DNA from: Chromera velia
Taxonomy: Eukaryota
Reading direction: 5' to 3'
Length of the DNA stretch: 50,163 bases
Assembly (NCBI GenBank): GCA_018398765.1
Contig: JAHBMJ010000341.1
Coordinates: forward strand, 1-50,163
The notes beneath the pieces are model-generated. The model did not search any database. It was not told where the DNA came from and was given only the letters and a program-made list of their open reading frames with translations. Both the position numbers and the translations under genes were made by a program. This document shows, piece by piece, positions 11,557 through 24,726 of the stretch (the first letter of the stretch is position 1; each line of letters opens with the position of its first letter).

Positions 11557-14500
11557 TCATCCTCTCCTCCGTTTTTGTTTGCCACCCTTCTTCACCTTCA
11601 GATTTTTGATGTGCGCACGCAGGCTCTTCAGCTTGGACTGCACATCTGCCTTCTTCTTGTTCTGAAGGGCGGTCTTCTGCACGGATTCAAATAGGAGAGA
11701 AGAATATAAACTGTCAACAACGAACAGCTCAGAAGAATGTTAGACAGAGTAATATTTGTGTAAACACTGTGGTCACGAGTACATGAGTGACAGCACAAAA
11801 AGAAAAAAAATAAACTATCAGTGTGAAAGATAAAGACGCTGGGCTCCTTCTCGTGCTTTTGTGCGGCAGAGTTGACTGCCGTATCCCTTCCCCTCCCTCT
11901 CTGCTGACTGACCTGTCTGATCATGGACATGGGCTTTGACCTTCTCTTCACGCTCTCTGGAAGAGAATGGGGTGCGCCCTTGATCTTCGACTGGTACTTT
12001 CCCCTCCCCTCCCTCCCCTCCTTCACTGCAGCGAGGCGTTCCTCCTTCGAGGCCTTCTTCTTCTTTGCACGGCTCATGAGGGAATCAGGACGCACCTGCA
12101 AGAGAAAACGACAAAAGAGGAAGGTAAAGAGGAAGAAGAAGAAGAAGAAGGAGAAGAAGAAGAAGCTGGAGAAGCAGAAGAAGCAGAAGAAGAAGAAGCA
12201 GAAGAAGCAGAAGAAGAAGCAGAAGAAGAAGCAGAAGAAGAAGAAGCAGAAGAAGAAGAAGAAGCAGAAGAAGAAGAAGAAGAAGCAGAAGCAGAAGAAG
12301 CAGAAGAAGAAGAAGCAGAAGAAGCAGAAGCAGAAGAAGCAGAAGCAGAAGAAGCAGAAGAAGCAGCTTCTAGCAGAAGAAGCAGAAAAAGAAGAAGAAG
12401 AAGAAGAAGCAGAAGAAGAAGCAGAAGAACAAACAGAAGAACAAGCAAAAGAACAAGCAGAAGAACAAGCAGAAGAACAAGCAGAAGAACAAGCAGAAGA
12501 AGAAGAAGAAGAAGAAGCAGAAGAACAAACAGAAGAACAAGCAAAAGAACAAGCAGAAGAACAAGCAGAAGAACAAGCAGAAGAACAAGCAGAAGAAGAA
12601 GCAGAAGAAGAAGCAGGAGAAGAAGAAGCTGGAGAAGCAGAAGAAGCAGAAGAAGAAGCAGAAGAAGCAGAAGAAGAAGCAGAAGAAGAAGCAGAAGAAG
12701 AAGAAGCAGAAGAAGAAGAAGAAGCAGAAGAAGAAGAAGCAGAAGAAGCAGCTTCTAGCAGAAGAAGCAGAAGAAGCAGAAGAGGCAGAAGAAGAAGAAG
12801 AAGAAGAAGAAGCAGAAGAAGAAGAAGCAGAAGAAGAAGCAGAAGAACAAACAGAAGAACAAGCAAAAGAACAAGCAGAAGAACAAGCAGAAGAACAAGA
12901 AGAAGAAGAAGCAGCTTCTAGCAGAAGAAGCAGAAGAAGCAGAAGAGGCAGAAGAAGCAGAAGAAGAAGAAGAAGAAGCAGAACAAGCAGAAGAAGAAGA
13001 AGAAGAAGAAGAAGAAGAAGAAGCAGAAGAGGCAGAAGAAGCAGAAGAAGAAGATTAAGAAGAAGAAGAAGAAGCAGAAGAAGAAGAAGAAGAAGCAGCT
13101 TCTAGCAGAAGAAGCAGCAGAAGAAGAAGAAGAAGAAGAAGCAGAAGAAGAAGAAGAAGAAGAAGAAGAAGCAGAAGAAGCAGAAGAGGCAGAAGAAGCA
13201 GAAGAAGAAGAAGAAGAAGAAGAAGAAGAAGCAGAACAAGCAGAAGAAGAAGAAGAAGAAGAAGAAGCAGAAGAGGCAGAAGAAGCAGAAGAAGCAGAAG
13301 AAGAAGAAGAAGAAGCAGAAGAAGCAGAAGAAGAAGAAGAAGAAGAAGAAGAAGCAGAAGAAGAAGCAGAAGAACAAACAGAAGAACAAGCAAAAGAACA
13401 AGCAGAAGAACAAGCAGAAGAAGAAGAAGAAGAAGAAGAAGAAGAAGCAGAAGAAGCAGAAGAAGCAGAAGGGGCAGAAGAAGCAGAAGAAGCAGAAGAA
13501 GCAGAAGAGGCAGAAGAAGCAGAAGAAGAAGAAGAAGAAGAAGAAGAAGAAGCAGAAGAAGCAGAAGAAGCAGAAGAAGAAGAAGAAGAAGCAGAAGAAG
13601 CAGAAGAAGAAGAAGGAGAAGAAGAAAAGAAGAAGAAGAAGAAGAAGAACAACAACAACAACAAGAAAATGGCTTAAAGGGAGGGTAAAACAAGCGTCCG
13701 ACGACTTTGGGCAGCAAGGAAAAGGGTATTAGAGATGTGATGCGGCATACGTCACCGCATCGAACCTGTCTTCCGTAACCAAATCGATAAGACATCGAAT
13801 CGTCTGCTCAGTCGTTTTCCCTTGCATTGTTGTATCCTTTTCCATCCCCAATGATTCTCTCTCAAGAGGCCTCTACATGTGAAGAGCCGTGAAAGGCAAG
13901 AACCAGGCTGACCGCATCAACTCCAACGAAGTTTTCGTTCTTCTTCCTTTCCCTTGCGGTCTTTGTGTGGAGCATAGCCTCATCCTCAGAATCCATCTCC
14001 TCGTCTGATGACTCCTCGCTTTCTTCCTCACTCTCATCTTCTTCCTCTGATTCCTCCTGGTCCTCCTCTGCATCTGCGTCCATTCGGATCTTCTCAATCA
14101 CTCGTGCTCTCTCCTCTGCCTCAACACGCTTGCGCTTGGCTGCTCCCATCGCACGCAAACTCTCTTCCTTCAACTGAAGCTTTCTGATTTTCTCAAAATC
14201 CTCTGGACCCAAAAGTTCCGTCATTGAAAGCAACTGGGCCTCCGATGACGCTGTGCGTTTGGAACGCTCGTCTGCCTCTCGTCTTGCCTCTCTATCTGCC
14301 GCCGTCTCTCTGCCTGGACCGTCATCCATCCCTCCCTCTTCATCTTCCTTCTCCTTCTTGGCCTTCTTTGCAGCAGGGGGAGTCACTTTCACCCCCTCCT
14401 CGTCCTCTCCATCCTCCTCCTCCTCGTCGTCGTCTTCAGACTCATCGCCTTCATCCTCCTCGTCTGCCTCTTCCCCCTCCTCAACCTCCTCTGCTTCATC

Positions 14501-17500
14501 CAGATCCATTCCGTCAAGATCCAAATCCTCCTCCTCCTCGTCCTCATCCTCAGAAACCCCCCCCTCACTCCCATCAGAATCCATCTCCTCATCCCTCATC
14601 ACACTCCCCTCACCCCCTTGCTGGCGTCTCTTCCCTGCCTCCTCCCTCAACGCCTCCCTCAACATTTTCTTCTGGGCAACCAACTCCAGGCCAGCGACTG
14701 AGGTGGCAACTTTGGAGGCGCCAAAAGACGGACGCTGCGGTAGAAGAGAGGAATGGGAGACAAATCAAAAAAGCTCGAGTCATCTGAAGGATCTTCTGCC
14801 TTTCTTCTGGAAGTGCTTTGTATCATTCATGAACGCAAAAAAGCTTCGCATGTTTGAAAGACACATATTGTAACCGCTTGAAACGGAGCAAGGAAGACAG
14901 CACGAAATTTGAAGCAGAGAGGCTCAACGTTCCAATCGCTTCTCGTCAAACAGGCAAAACAAACCCTCGCTCGCACACCCTGCGAACTGTCGCTGTCTTC
15001 ACTCCCTCCCCCCTCCCCCCTTTCCCCCCTCTGACCTTCTCATCTCCCTCTGTCCCCTGGAGTAGTAGGCTCGCGTCCTTTCCTCTGAGGCTTCTGTGGA
15101 GGGCCTGAGGGTTGACGTCTCTGAAGAGGTTGATCAGAGACTTCACCGCCACCTGGACTGATTTGTCCTTCACGTCGCGAAACCCAGTCAGGTCAGTCAG
15201 CATGTCGTCATCCACAGCCTGCACATGTGAACAGCGTTACATGCATATGCGTACTGTGTGCATGAATGCTTTAAGATTGGGGCAACTTTTGCCGCCCAGG
15301 GACATGCGGAGAGAGAAAAGAAAAGGGGACAAGAAGGTCATGATGAGACGGCAACAGAAAAGAAGAACGGGGGAACTTGCAGAGACAGACGACGAGACAA
15401 TACACAAAGAGAGGGGGGGGAAGGGAAGAGAGAGGGAGAGTGAAGACCCACCAAGGGAGAACGAGCACAAATTTCGCGAATCTGCAAGCAGAGAGGGGAG
15501 GACAAAACAGAAGGCACACGTGATGTCGAGATTATGGAAGGGATGCCCATGCAACAGGACAGGAACAAAAGAAAATGCAAAAGAAAAAGAGCAAGACACG
15601 GAGGTGTATGCAAGACTCCGGGATGAGTCCGTGTTCCAAAAGCTCGTCATACATACTATATACACATATACACACACATATATAGGTATGAATACAGAGA
15701 GAGAGAGGGGGGGGCGGGGNNNNNNNNNNNNNNNNNNNNNNNNNNNNNNNNNNNNNNNNNNNNNNNNNNNNNNNNNNNNNNNNNNNNNNNNNNNNNNNNN
15801 NNNNNNNNNNNNNNNNNNNNNNNNNNNNNNNNNNNNNNNNNNNNNNNNNNNNNNNNNNNNNNNNNNNNNNNNNNNNNNNNNNNNNNNNNNNNNNNNNNNN
15901 NNNNNNNNNNNNNNNNNNNNNNNNNNNNNNNNNNNNNNNNNNNNNNNNNNNNNNNNNNNNNNNNNNNNNNNNNNNNNNNNNNNNNNNNNNNNNNNNNNNN
16001 NNNNNNNNNNNNNNNNNNNNNNNNNNNNNNNNNNNNNNNNNNNNNNNNNNNNNNNNNNNNNNNNNNNNNNNNNNNNNNNNNNNNNNNNNNNNNNNNNNNN
16101 NNNNNNNNNNNNNNNNNNNNNNNNNNNNNNNNNNNNNNNNNNNNNNNNNNNNNNNNNNNNNNNNNNNNNNNNNNNNNNNNNNNNNNNNNNNNNNNNNNNN
16201 NNNNNNNNNNNNNNNNNNNNNNNNNNNNNNNNNNNNNNNNNNNNNNNNNNNNNNNNNNNNNNNNNNNNNNNNNNNNNNNNNNNNNNNNNNNNNNNNNNNN
16301 NNNNNNNNNNNNNNNNNNNNNNNNNNNNNNNNNNNNNNNNNNNNNNNNNNNNNNNNNNNNNNNNNNNNNNNNNNNNNNNNNNNNNNNNNNNNNNNNNNNN
16401 NNNNNNNNNNNNNNNNNNNGGGGCATTTTCTCTAATTGGGGTGAGTATTAGAGATACATGAACAAAGAAACCGGGGGAGAAGAGGAGTTGCCTGCGTCCC
16501 ACTCACCGCGTTGAGTCCGACAGCAATGACCGAGGGGTGTTGACTCTCCGACACAAAATTTTGGGTGATTGTTTTGGTCACAGGAATCAGCTGCAGACAA
16601 CAAGGAAACAATCAATTCAGTCCACCCTTCTTCTGAGAGGAAACGCAACATGGGCGGGCCGGGTCTCCCCATCATCTACCTACCTACCTCCCTACCTATC
16701 ATCCTGCATGCCTACGGGTACACCTACCTTTCCGCTTGTCTGTCTGTGTATCCCTTTATGAGTGAGCGTTCAGGCAGATCCACCACCGTCGCTAAAATCT
16801 GTACGCGACATGCTTCATGTACCGTTTTGGAGAAAACAGGACTCTGGCTGGTTTTCTCTCCACGCAGTGGGTCTTTTAGAAGTCAGGGAAGGAGGGATGG
16901 AAGGAAGCATGGATGAAAGAAAACCACCGGAGAGAGACGAAAAAGCCCTGCACTGCCGTGTGTGAGAGGCCTTCTGCACGACTGAAGAGCATCCCTGACT
17001 TCCCTCTTGTCAGAGTAACCTCATCGGCAGAAACCAAACTGTGAGAAGAAAAGAAAAGAAAAGAGGAAGAAAGCTTCTTGTAGGAGGTGTCACTTCGCGG
17101 CTTCCCTGAGCTACGAAGTTCTGACTTGTGTATGCAGACCAACTTCAGAAGCCTCCCCCCTGCACCGACATACCTCCTCGGGCGGCACCAGCTCGTGGCA
17201 CCCCTGTGCGAGGCATGCGAGGACCTGGGTGACCTCTCGCTGGTGGGGGAACAGCAGCTTCTGCATGTGGGGGTAGAAGTTCAGAAGCACCAGCTTGTGA
17301 CGTCCAATCAGTCTGGAGACGACGTTCAGCAAGAGGAGACGGAACTTGAAAGGCTCGTGCCGTCCTGTCACACGACCTGCAGTGGGAGGGGGGAGGGTGT
17401 TGCCACTTGAGTTCCTTGCTCGCACTGAGACTGAAACTTCGGGTGAAATTTTGTTCGGCCAGAGGGGCAAGGAACGAGTTGGGGAAAAATGTCAATGAAG

Positions 17501-19718
17501 ATCACTGTAATGTTCGTCTCCTCTCTCTCCTGGATTCTCTGGTACTCGACTTCGATCAGGTTTTGACTGACTGAAAATCTGTTCTGCCAGACCGTGAGGG
17601 TCGTAGAGGACGTCCATAGCAGCAAAAGAGATCGTCGCCTCCATACCTGCATGTGGAGGGAGCAGGTTAACAGGGTTAGGGGGAAGAAGGGTAAGAATGC
17701 AGAAAGCCCAGCTTTCTGCCAGTTTTGATTTTCGTTTTTTGCGCGTGCAAAGGAGTAGTTTCGGCAGAAATGTGCAAGCATGTCTTGTTGTTTCGTCACA
17801 CACACACACACACGTGCGCGCGCGCGCGCGAGAGAGAGAGAGAGACTTCTTGGCTGCGGCCTCATCAGAAGGAAATTTCCGCCCATTGCACCAGGGAAAA
17901 CGTCCCCCCGCTTTCTTGCCCCACGACCAGGCTCCACGAATGCGGAGAGAATTTACAAATGCATCTACCTACCTACCTACCTACCTACCTACCTGATTTC
18001 TTCCTCGCTTTCCTCTTGGCGGCCTTCTCGACGGTTCCCTTCAATTTCTTGAGCTTCTTCTCTCTGCCTCGACTCTTTTTAGGTCCCATCAGATCCTTTG
18101 CGACCTTTCGGACCGTCTCTGCCTCGCCCTCTGATTCGGATTCCAGACGCTCAGCAGCGGAAGTCTGATCAAGAAGCAGGCAGAAGCAGGAAGGATTAAG
18201 ATGCTAATCACGAGAAGTACTGGGATATTGATCAGTCCACGATCCATTGCATTCGAAAGGTGTTTTGTGAAACAGAACCATAGCTCGAAGGTAAGGGGTG
18301 AAAAGGCATTTCCGTTCTGGGGACTTACGCGCCCTCCTTAAAGCGAAGACAGACAGAGACAGAAAGACAGAGAGACTACATCTTTCTCTCTTTCCCTCTT
18401 TCTGTTCCTCTGTTGCTGAGACAGACAGACAGACAAACAGGGAGAAAGACAGACAAACAGGGAGAAAGACAGACGTACAAGCATACAGATACACAGCGAC
18501 AGAAAGACAGACAGGCAGACAGACAGACAGACAGACAGACAGGCAGGCAGAAGGTCGGACAGACAAAGACAGAATGACATACTAGGTTGCCGAGAATGAA
18601 CTGGGCAGCGGCAGCGGCTGTCTTCAGGTCGGGAGCCAGGCACCCTGCCGCGACCATGTTCACTGTCTTCTCATCGATCCAGACCCTTCTCTTGTACAGC
18701 TCCACCATCACACCCAGGGCCCTCCTGGAGACGGCAGCGTCGGCATCCTTCATGTGGTCAAACAGAAAACTCTTTAACTCGGAATGGAGCTTCTGGTCCT
18801 TCTGTTTGACCCCCAGAGATGCGATATCTCGCACAACGTGCGTGTAGATCTGTTTCCGCAGTTCCTTATCTGGGCAACGGAACAAACGGAAGTACATGGG
18901 GAGGACCCTGCAGGGAACAGGACAAAAGATACGGAGCTAAGGGGCATGGGACAGGGAAGAGAAGAGATGAGAAGCGAGGCACACAGAAGAGAGGAGAAGA
19001 GAAGAGAGGAGAAGAGAAGAGAGGAGAAGGGAAGATCCGGGGAAGCGGAAAGAAGGATAATCAACGAAATAGATGTCGATAACCCCTCCTCATGTGCATT
19101 ATTAGGGCTCCGACTCACTCAGAGGGAAGATCTGTAAGAGGTGGCACAAGCCGGGGGGATAAGCAAGTAAGCACAATCCGATTGCAAGCCACTCACGTAA
19201 TATGTAACTAAGCTGCCTCCCAAGCAAGTCTTGTACGATTACTGCACGGTACATACACAAAGCCTGGCTGGCCCACCTGAGCGTACTGATTTGCTGGCGG
19301 TTTCGGAGGAGAATGAGGGCATTAACGAGGACTTCTCTCGTTCGGGGGTGGAGCATCGAGAAATGTTCCCCCAGAATGGCGAGAATCCTTTCGGCAAACC
19401 GCTCTCCCACATTGTTCGTGGGTGTCGTATAGCAAGGAGTGGTCTGCAAGGAGGGAGGGGCGGAGGGGGGGGTGACGAAGAGTGTATGGAAGGAGGAGAC
19501 GCTCAGCGTGCTCGTAACCGACTGACATGAGAGAGGAATGTGACCAGCTCGGAGAAGTGCTTTGCTGGTTTCTGTGGTCTGATTCGGAAGAGTTCCAGAG
19601 TGGAGTCGAAGTGCTGGTACTGCACGTCGAACTCGTGTCTGTAGGCCTCTGGGTCTCTCTTCACGTTGTTCTGGAGCTTCGGGAGAGACAGAGTCTTGTC
19701 CCGCGATCCAGAAGCCAT
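11557..19718 (-). CDS. SDA1: SDA1 homolog (60S ribosome biogenesis/export factor), 12 exons, ~851 aa
   Basis: Exons 19718-19527, 19443-19277, 18907-18583, 18164-17993, 17646-17572, 17376-17174, 16590-16507, 15481-15452, 15218-15036, 14734-13913, 12095-11913, 11676-11557; all GT-AG and phase-consistent. Family motifs: LPKLQNNVKRDPEAYRHEF, LILLRNR, ELYKRRVW, LYDPHGLAE, PHQREVT, VIAVGLNAIREICAR, an acidic tract and a basic C-terminus. Confidence 0.95.
12118..13665. repeat. ~1.5-kb (GAA/GCA/CAA) purine-rich compound microsatellite inside SDA1 intron 10
   Basis: Lies wholly within intron 12096-13912. A gcagcttctagcag punctuation recurs at ~12363, 12748, 12911 and 13095. Confidence 0.95.
15720..16419. 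other. Assembly gap (N run) within an SDA1 intron
   Basis: About 700 N. The flanking exons (…GLNA | IREICARSPL) join seamlessly, so no coding sequence appears to be missing. Confidence 0.95.
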
Positions 19719-20739
19719 CTTGCAAACTCGCCTTGCTTTCCTTCAGTAGACTCCCAACGACTTCGTGAGAGAAAAAAGAACAGATCTGACTGTCAGCCTC
19801 AACAGCGCGTTGCTCTGGTGGGGAAGTTTGTGTGATCCTTGGCTGAAAAGCATGTAGAGAGAAAATTAAGGTTGAAAGCCGATTCTGAGAACCGATTAGG
19901 TGCACGCTGTGCCGGGGCCTGCAAGGTGTTGGGGGTCGCGGTCTCCTTCCTGGGCCCCAGTGAGAGACGGCCGGCCATGCCAGGTGGTTTGAGCGTTTTG
20001 AGACGACCTCCTCTTCGCGCAGTTGTTTCCGAACCTCAACGATTCTGCTGTTTACACACTTCTTTTATGTCTGCTTCTTCAAAGTGTTTCCCCAGTGCTT
20101 CCTCAATGAGGGAACAGTTCACTCTTGTATGAGGTGCATGTGCGATTTTGACGTCTGAGGCGGCAATTTTGTGCGGAGTTTGGTCCTCAGTTCGACTCGA
20201 CTCGTGTTTTGAAATTAAGGCAGCTATCTTTGTCTTGTCCGAAGCTAGGAGAAGATGGGGATGCGAGTAAGCTACTCAGACTCGCATCTGTGCCTGAACT
20301 CTTCTGTCTCTCAGCCGAACGTCGAAAATCTTATACATGCGGTCAGTCTGTGACATGTGGGAAAACATCCAGGGAACCGAGAGAGTCATGTGTGGCCTTG
20401 AAACCGCACTCGTAACAGAGATGCGATGAATTCAGTTCATGAGGAACCCTGCAAGGTCTTGAGGGGAGCAAGGCACACCAGATAGATAGACTGACAGACA
20501 GACAGACAGACGGGGAGATTCTCTGTAGGCAGGCAGACTGACCAGTCAGACACGCAGACAAGCCGACGGGCGAACGGAAACTGAGTGGCGGGCGGATAGA
20601 GCACAGAGAGGCAGGCGTTCAGATCGCCAAGAAATAAGTAAGAAAGGCAGAAGGCCCGAAAGACGATATGCAATTTGAGTGCAAAGAAGGTGTAAGGAGA
20701 AACGGCGGAGTTTTCTTTGTTTCTCTCTTCCCCTGCTCT

Positions 20740-20762
20740 CTCTCTGTCCCCCTTTCCTTGTT

Positions 20763-20810
<48 letters not shown>

Positions 20811-20995
20811 TCGTTGGTTGGTTGGTTGGTTGGTTCCTTCCTTCCTTCCTTCCTTCCTTCCTTCCTCTCTCTCTCTTTCTCCTCTCCCTCCGTTTTCCTT
20901 CTTTCCTTCCCTCCCTCCCTCCCTCCCTCCCCCCTTCCTTCCTTCCTTCCTTACTCTCTCTCTCTTCCCCCCTCCCCCGTCCTTCTTTCTTTTGT
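20740..20995. repeat. Polypyrimidine microsatellite cluster (TTTC)n/(TTGG)n/(TTCC)n
   Basis: Directly visible simple repeats. Confidence 0.9.
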
Positions 20996-21298
20996 AGAGT
21001 CAGCATAGTCGTTCTGTATGTCTTTTTCGCTATCTTTTTTGCACAATTGCAGTCTTGCGGGTCTTTTACCACTTTCTTCTCCTAGCGTGCAACTTTACTG
21101 ATTGATTCTGGTAGTGTTTTTACTTCTGCGGGTGCATGCAGGTCAGCCTTTTGATCTACAAACAGGTGTTGGAGTCTGCCAACAGGAAGCCTTCCAAAAG
21201 GTCTGTCTACTGATGCGCGTTCATGGCACTTAATTCTCTCGTTTCTTGAGAGAGACAGTCTCGTGTTTTCCCTCACTGCCCCCCTAAGACCTCCACAG

Positions 21299-24200
21299 AT
21301 GGACACAAGCCCACCCCCCATGCTCTGTCTCATCCATCATTCCGATCCCTCTCATTCTACTCGAAGAGGGTTTCGCACCCGTCATCTGTTCTACTCACCC
21401 AGCAAGGGGGGGCATGCGGCCCTTGTGGCACAAGGGATGGATGTATCTATCGATGTTGAGAGACACAGAAGGGGAAGCATGAGGACTGGCGGAGGCTGGT
21501 GACTTTCCTTGTCGCGCATTTTCCCTTGAAAAAAATATTTTGACAGTCTGACGAAAAGGGCGTATTGTGTGTGACATCCCGCATATTCATACACAGCATC
21601 CTTTTCCTCTGTTCGTTTTCTTTCTGTGCTTTGTGTGTGTCCGTTCTGCGTGCAGTAAATTTGCAGGGGACTTCGATGAGGTTCTGTACATAGAGAAGAG
21701 ACTGAAGAAGCTCCAGCAAGGAAGCGACGAACATGCAGCCTTGTCGTCTGTGCTGAGGGCGTCAAGAGAGGATCTCTCCCTCACTGATGTCACATCTTTT
21801 CTAATGGTCGGTCGGTTTGTGTCTGTCTCTCTTGCTGTCCTCAGCAAGCCCCCCCGCTCTTTCTCCTACATATAGTCCCCTCTGTTTCTCGCCTTCCCCC
21901 CTCTTGTTTGAACAGCCGCAGACGTGTGAAGTTGGTGAAGGGAAAGCCCGGGCGACTTCAAAAAGTGCTGACAACAGACACACAGACTGTTCTATTTTCG
22001 GATTGTCTTGCGTTCCTGCATGTGTGCGTGCGTGTGTGGGTAGGTGTGTCTGTGCGTGTATGAAAAAGATAATTGGGTGCGTGCCTGCAGGCTCTCCACG
22101 AGGCGAGCGACTGCAGTCCTGAGTGTTTCCTCCTCTGTCTACTCTATCTGAACAGAATTGCGTCGTTCTCGGAAGTCAGACTGGACGCAAAAAATTGGCG
22201 GTGGGTGGGGAGGAAAACGGAAGCGGCACATGGGGGGGGAGCAGTCACTCTCTGAGGGGTGGGTTCGTTGGATCCACCTAGCTGTTTTCGTACACATACA
22301 TGGGTCTACGTAGTCACTCTCTCTGTGTTCGCACAAGAGCGTCCGTGTGTCCGTTGTGACAGCGCGTATAAGTTAAGTCCTGAGTGCGTCTTTCCATCGT
22401 CTTTCTCATATCCTTCCCGCACTGTGCAGCGCCTCTGCTTTCTTTCTGGCTGATGGGTCGCTGCGTAGATAGTTTTCTCGCCGAGTGAATGCATGCATGA
22501 ATGAAGGATTGAGACTGCTTGTGGATGGATGGATGTGTGCGTGACTGATTGCAGTGCCCTCACCCTGACTGGTCTCGTCGTAGCCCAGAAGGTGTGGGAC
22601 GACAAGCATTTGTCGAATTCAGACTTTTGCTTCATCTACAGAGTCTATCAGTTGGATGATCTCAACAAAATGGAGGCGGCATTCCTGCGCATGCTTCGAT
22701 ATCAGGTCGATCGATCAGTCACAGACAGGAATTGATTATTGCCAAGAACGAAGGAATCCATCTGCAGGACGAATCTTCTTCCTTCCTTCCGCCTTGACTT
22801 TGTTTTTTGACCTGTGTCCGTGTGACAAGTCAATCCATTCATTCACCCCCCAACGACTCAGCACTCCGCAAAAATGGGGGCCCTGCCAACTTGAAAATCT
22901 GAGTTGCCCCTGGAAAAAGATCACTCGTGAGGCAATGAACGTGGAGCTTGGTAGCTGATACAAGGAAGAAAGAAAGAAAGAAAGAACAAACCTTCCGAAT
23001 CAGAGAGAGAGCCTGGTGATCCCATGCAGGCCCTTTGCTTTCTTTATTCGCTTTATAACTCCCTGACAGAGAGAGCAACAACTTCTTTTTTTCTTCTCTC
23101 GCTGTCCTGCAGGTGACGGTGCGTGCTTCCACCTACGCACGGTATTACTTCGAGTTGAGGGCTATGATGTTCAACATTTTTGAGTGCGGAGAACAGGGTG
23201 GAGGGCACCAGGCAGACTACCAAACCTCCGCTGCTGGAAGGGCCGCGGCCCGCAGACGATCACGAAGTCGGGGTGGAGACGCCGGCGTGGCAGCCCCCCT
23301 CCGTTCTGCCGTCAGTCGGGCAAGACAGGAGAGTCTCACTCGGCACGCAGAGAGATCTGTTGCTGCGTCTCATAGATCGGCCCATGCGGCTGCCTCAGCC
23401 GCAGCCTTCGCACAGCCGAACATGCCGTTGCAGGAGCGCTCCGTCTTGTCACAAACGAGACGACCAATCGTCCCTCCACCGCAGGCCAACGTTGCTGCAC
23501 GGGTGGGTGCAGCCGCTGCGACGTCGTCTTCGATTTCTCCGCAAAACCAGCAACAGCAGCGGGAGCAACAGCCACCGCAGACTCACGGTCAGGCAAAGCT
23601 TGCGAGGAACCAATTGCATTCACTTCCTGCAAACGCAGTTTCTCAGAATCCCTTGGAACAAACACAGTCCTCCGCCCCCCAACAACGCCAGCTGCAACAC
23701 CAGTCACAGCATTCTGTTCCTCAGCATTCACAACCCGCAGATCTCTCACACCGCCACGCTCACTTGCCAATCAACCCACAGCCACCTGACACCACCCAAC
23801 CTGCCCCCCACCCCACCGGAGGTGTGGTTCCTCAACATTCATATCCAAACCACCAGACGCACCAGCAGCATCGACACCCCGAAAGAAGGTCCCAAGCACC
23901 CCCCCTTCTCGCCGACCCTCCTCGACCCCATGGCGGCGCACACTCAACACACCAAAATCAACCGCCGGACAGTTCAGGCTGGTACACCCAGCAACAGTCA
24001 TCTTCCCATGGTGGAGGGCAAAACCACATGACGCAAGGGTTCAACAGGGCCGCAAACTATCAGGGGCACCCGACCCCCCCGTCCCACCCCCCCGGAGCGC
24101 ATCAACAGTTCTCAGGTAGCACGCAGGGCGCACCGCAGCCGCTGTCTCGCACTCATGCACAGGCCCGCCCCATGCAAGCGCCTTCTTCCTCTTCCGCCTG

Positions 24201-24459
24201 GATGGACGTGATTGACGAGGGACCACCCGGAGCGGTCTCAAGTCACGGAGGGTGGGGCGAATCGATTGGCAGCTTCTCTGGAGATTACAGCGACCCCCAG
24301 CGTGCTGTTGGTGGAGGGATTTCGGGTGCCCCCTCATGGGTGCATCAGCAGCAGCAGCAGCAACAACAATACCTTCACGAAGCCTCCAACGGTGTTCAGA
24401 CATCCGGGAGACCTACCGGCATGCAGTCTGAATTGTCCGGACACTGGCACGCGCAGTGA
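21299..24459 (+). CDS. Cyclin Y-like (CCNY/Pho80-superfamily) cyclin with a long Q/P/H-rich disordered C-terminus; start uncertain
   Basis: Exons 21299-21498 (tentative), 21656-21806, 22091-22200, 22555-22705, 23113-24459, phase-consistent. Motifs LLYLNR, NWR...KVWDD...N.DF and LNKMEAAFL...STYARYYFELR match the cyclin Y box. Confidence 0.88.
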
Positions 24460-24726
24460 CAGTGCAGAACAAAGAGCCGATTGAGCTGTTTATCTGCGAT
24501 GCATGAGGAGCGAGGCTAGAAGTCGCTAGGTGCAGAGCTGCCAGCCTAGCTACTCTGAAAGACTGCACAATAGAGCTAGTAGGAAACCTAGGAGTAGAGA
24601 CTGCATAGTTTGTTTAGAGCTTGAGCATTGATTAAGAAATTTCAGAGAAAAGATGCTGAAATCACGTTTCATTGTTTTAAGTTGTCTAGTAAGTTGTAAA
24701 TTGAAATTCGTTCCCTCGTTCGTTTC

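Noticed and set aside
11628..13795. Poly-E/K/R/S/L/F ORFs
   Set aside because: Translations of an intronic GAA microsatellite; frames shift at each gcttctagca punctuation.
15112..16502. Long ORFs spanning the N gap
   Set aside because: Artefacts of translating Ns; the region is SDA1 intron plus a 30-bp exon.
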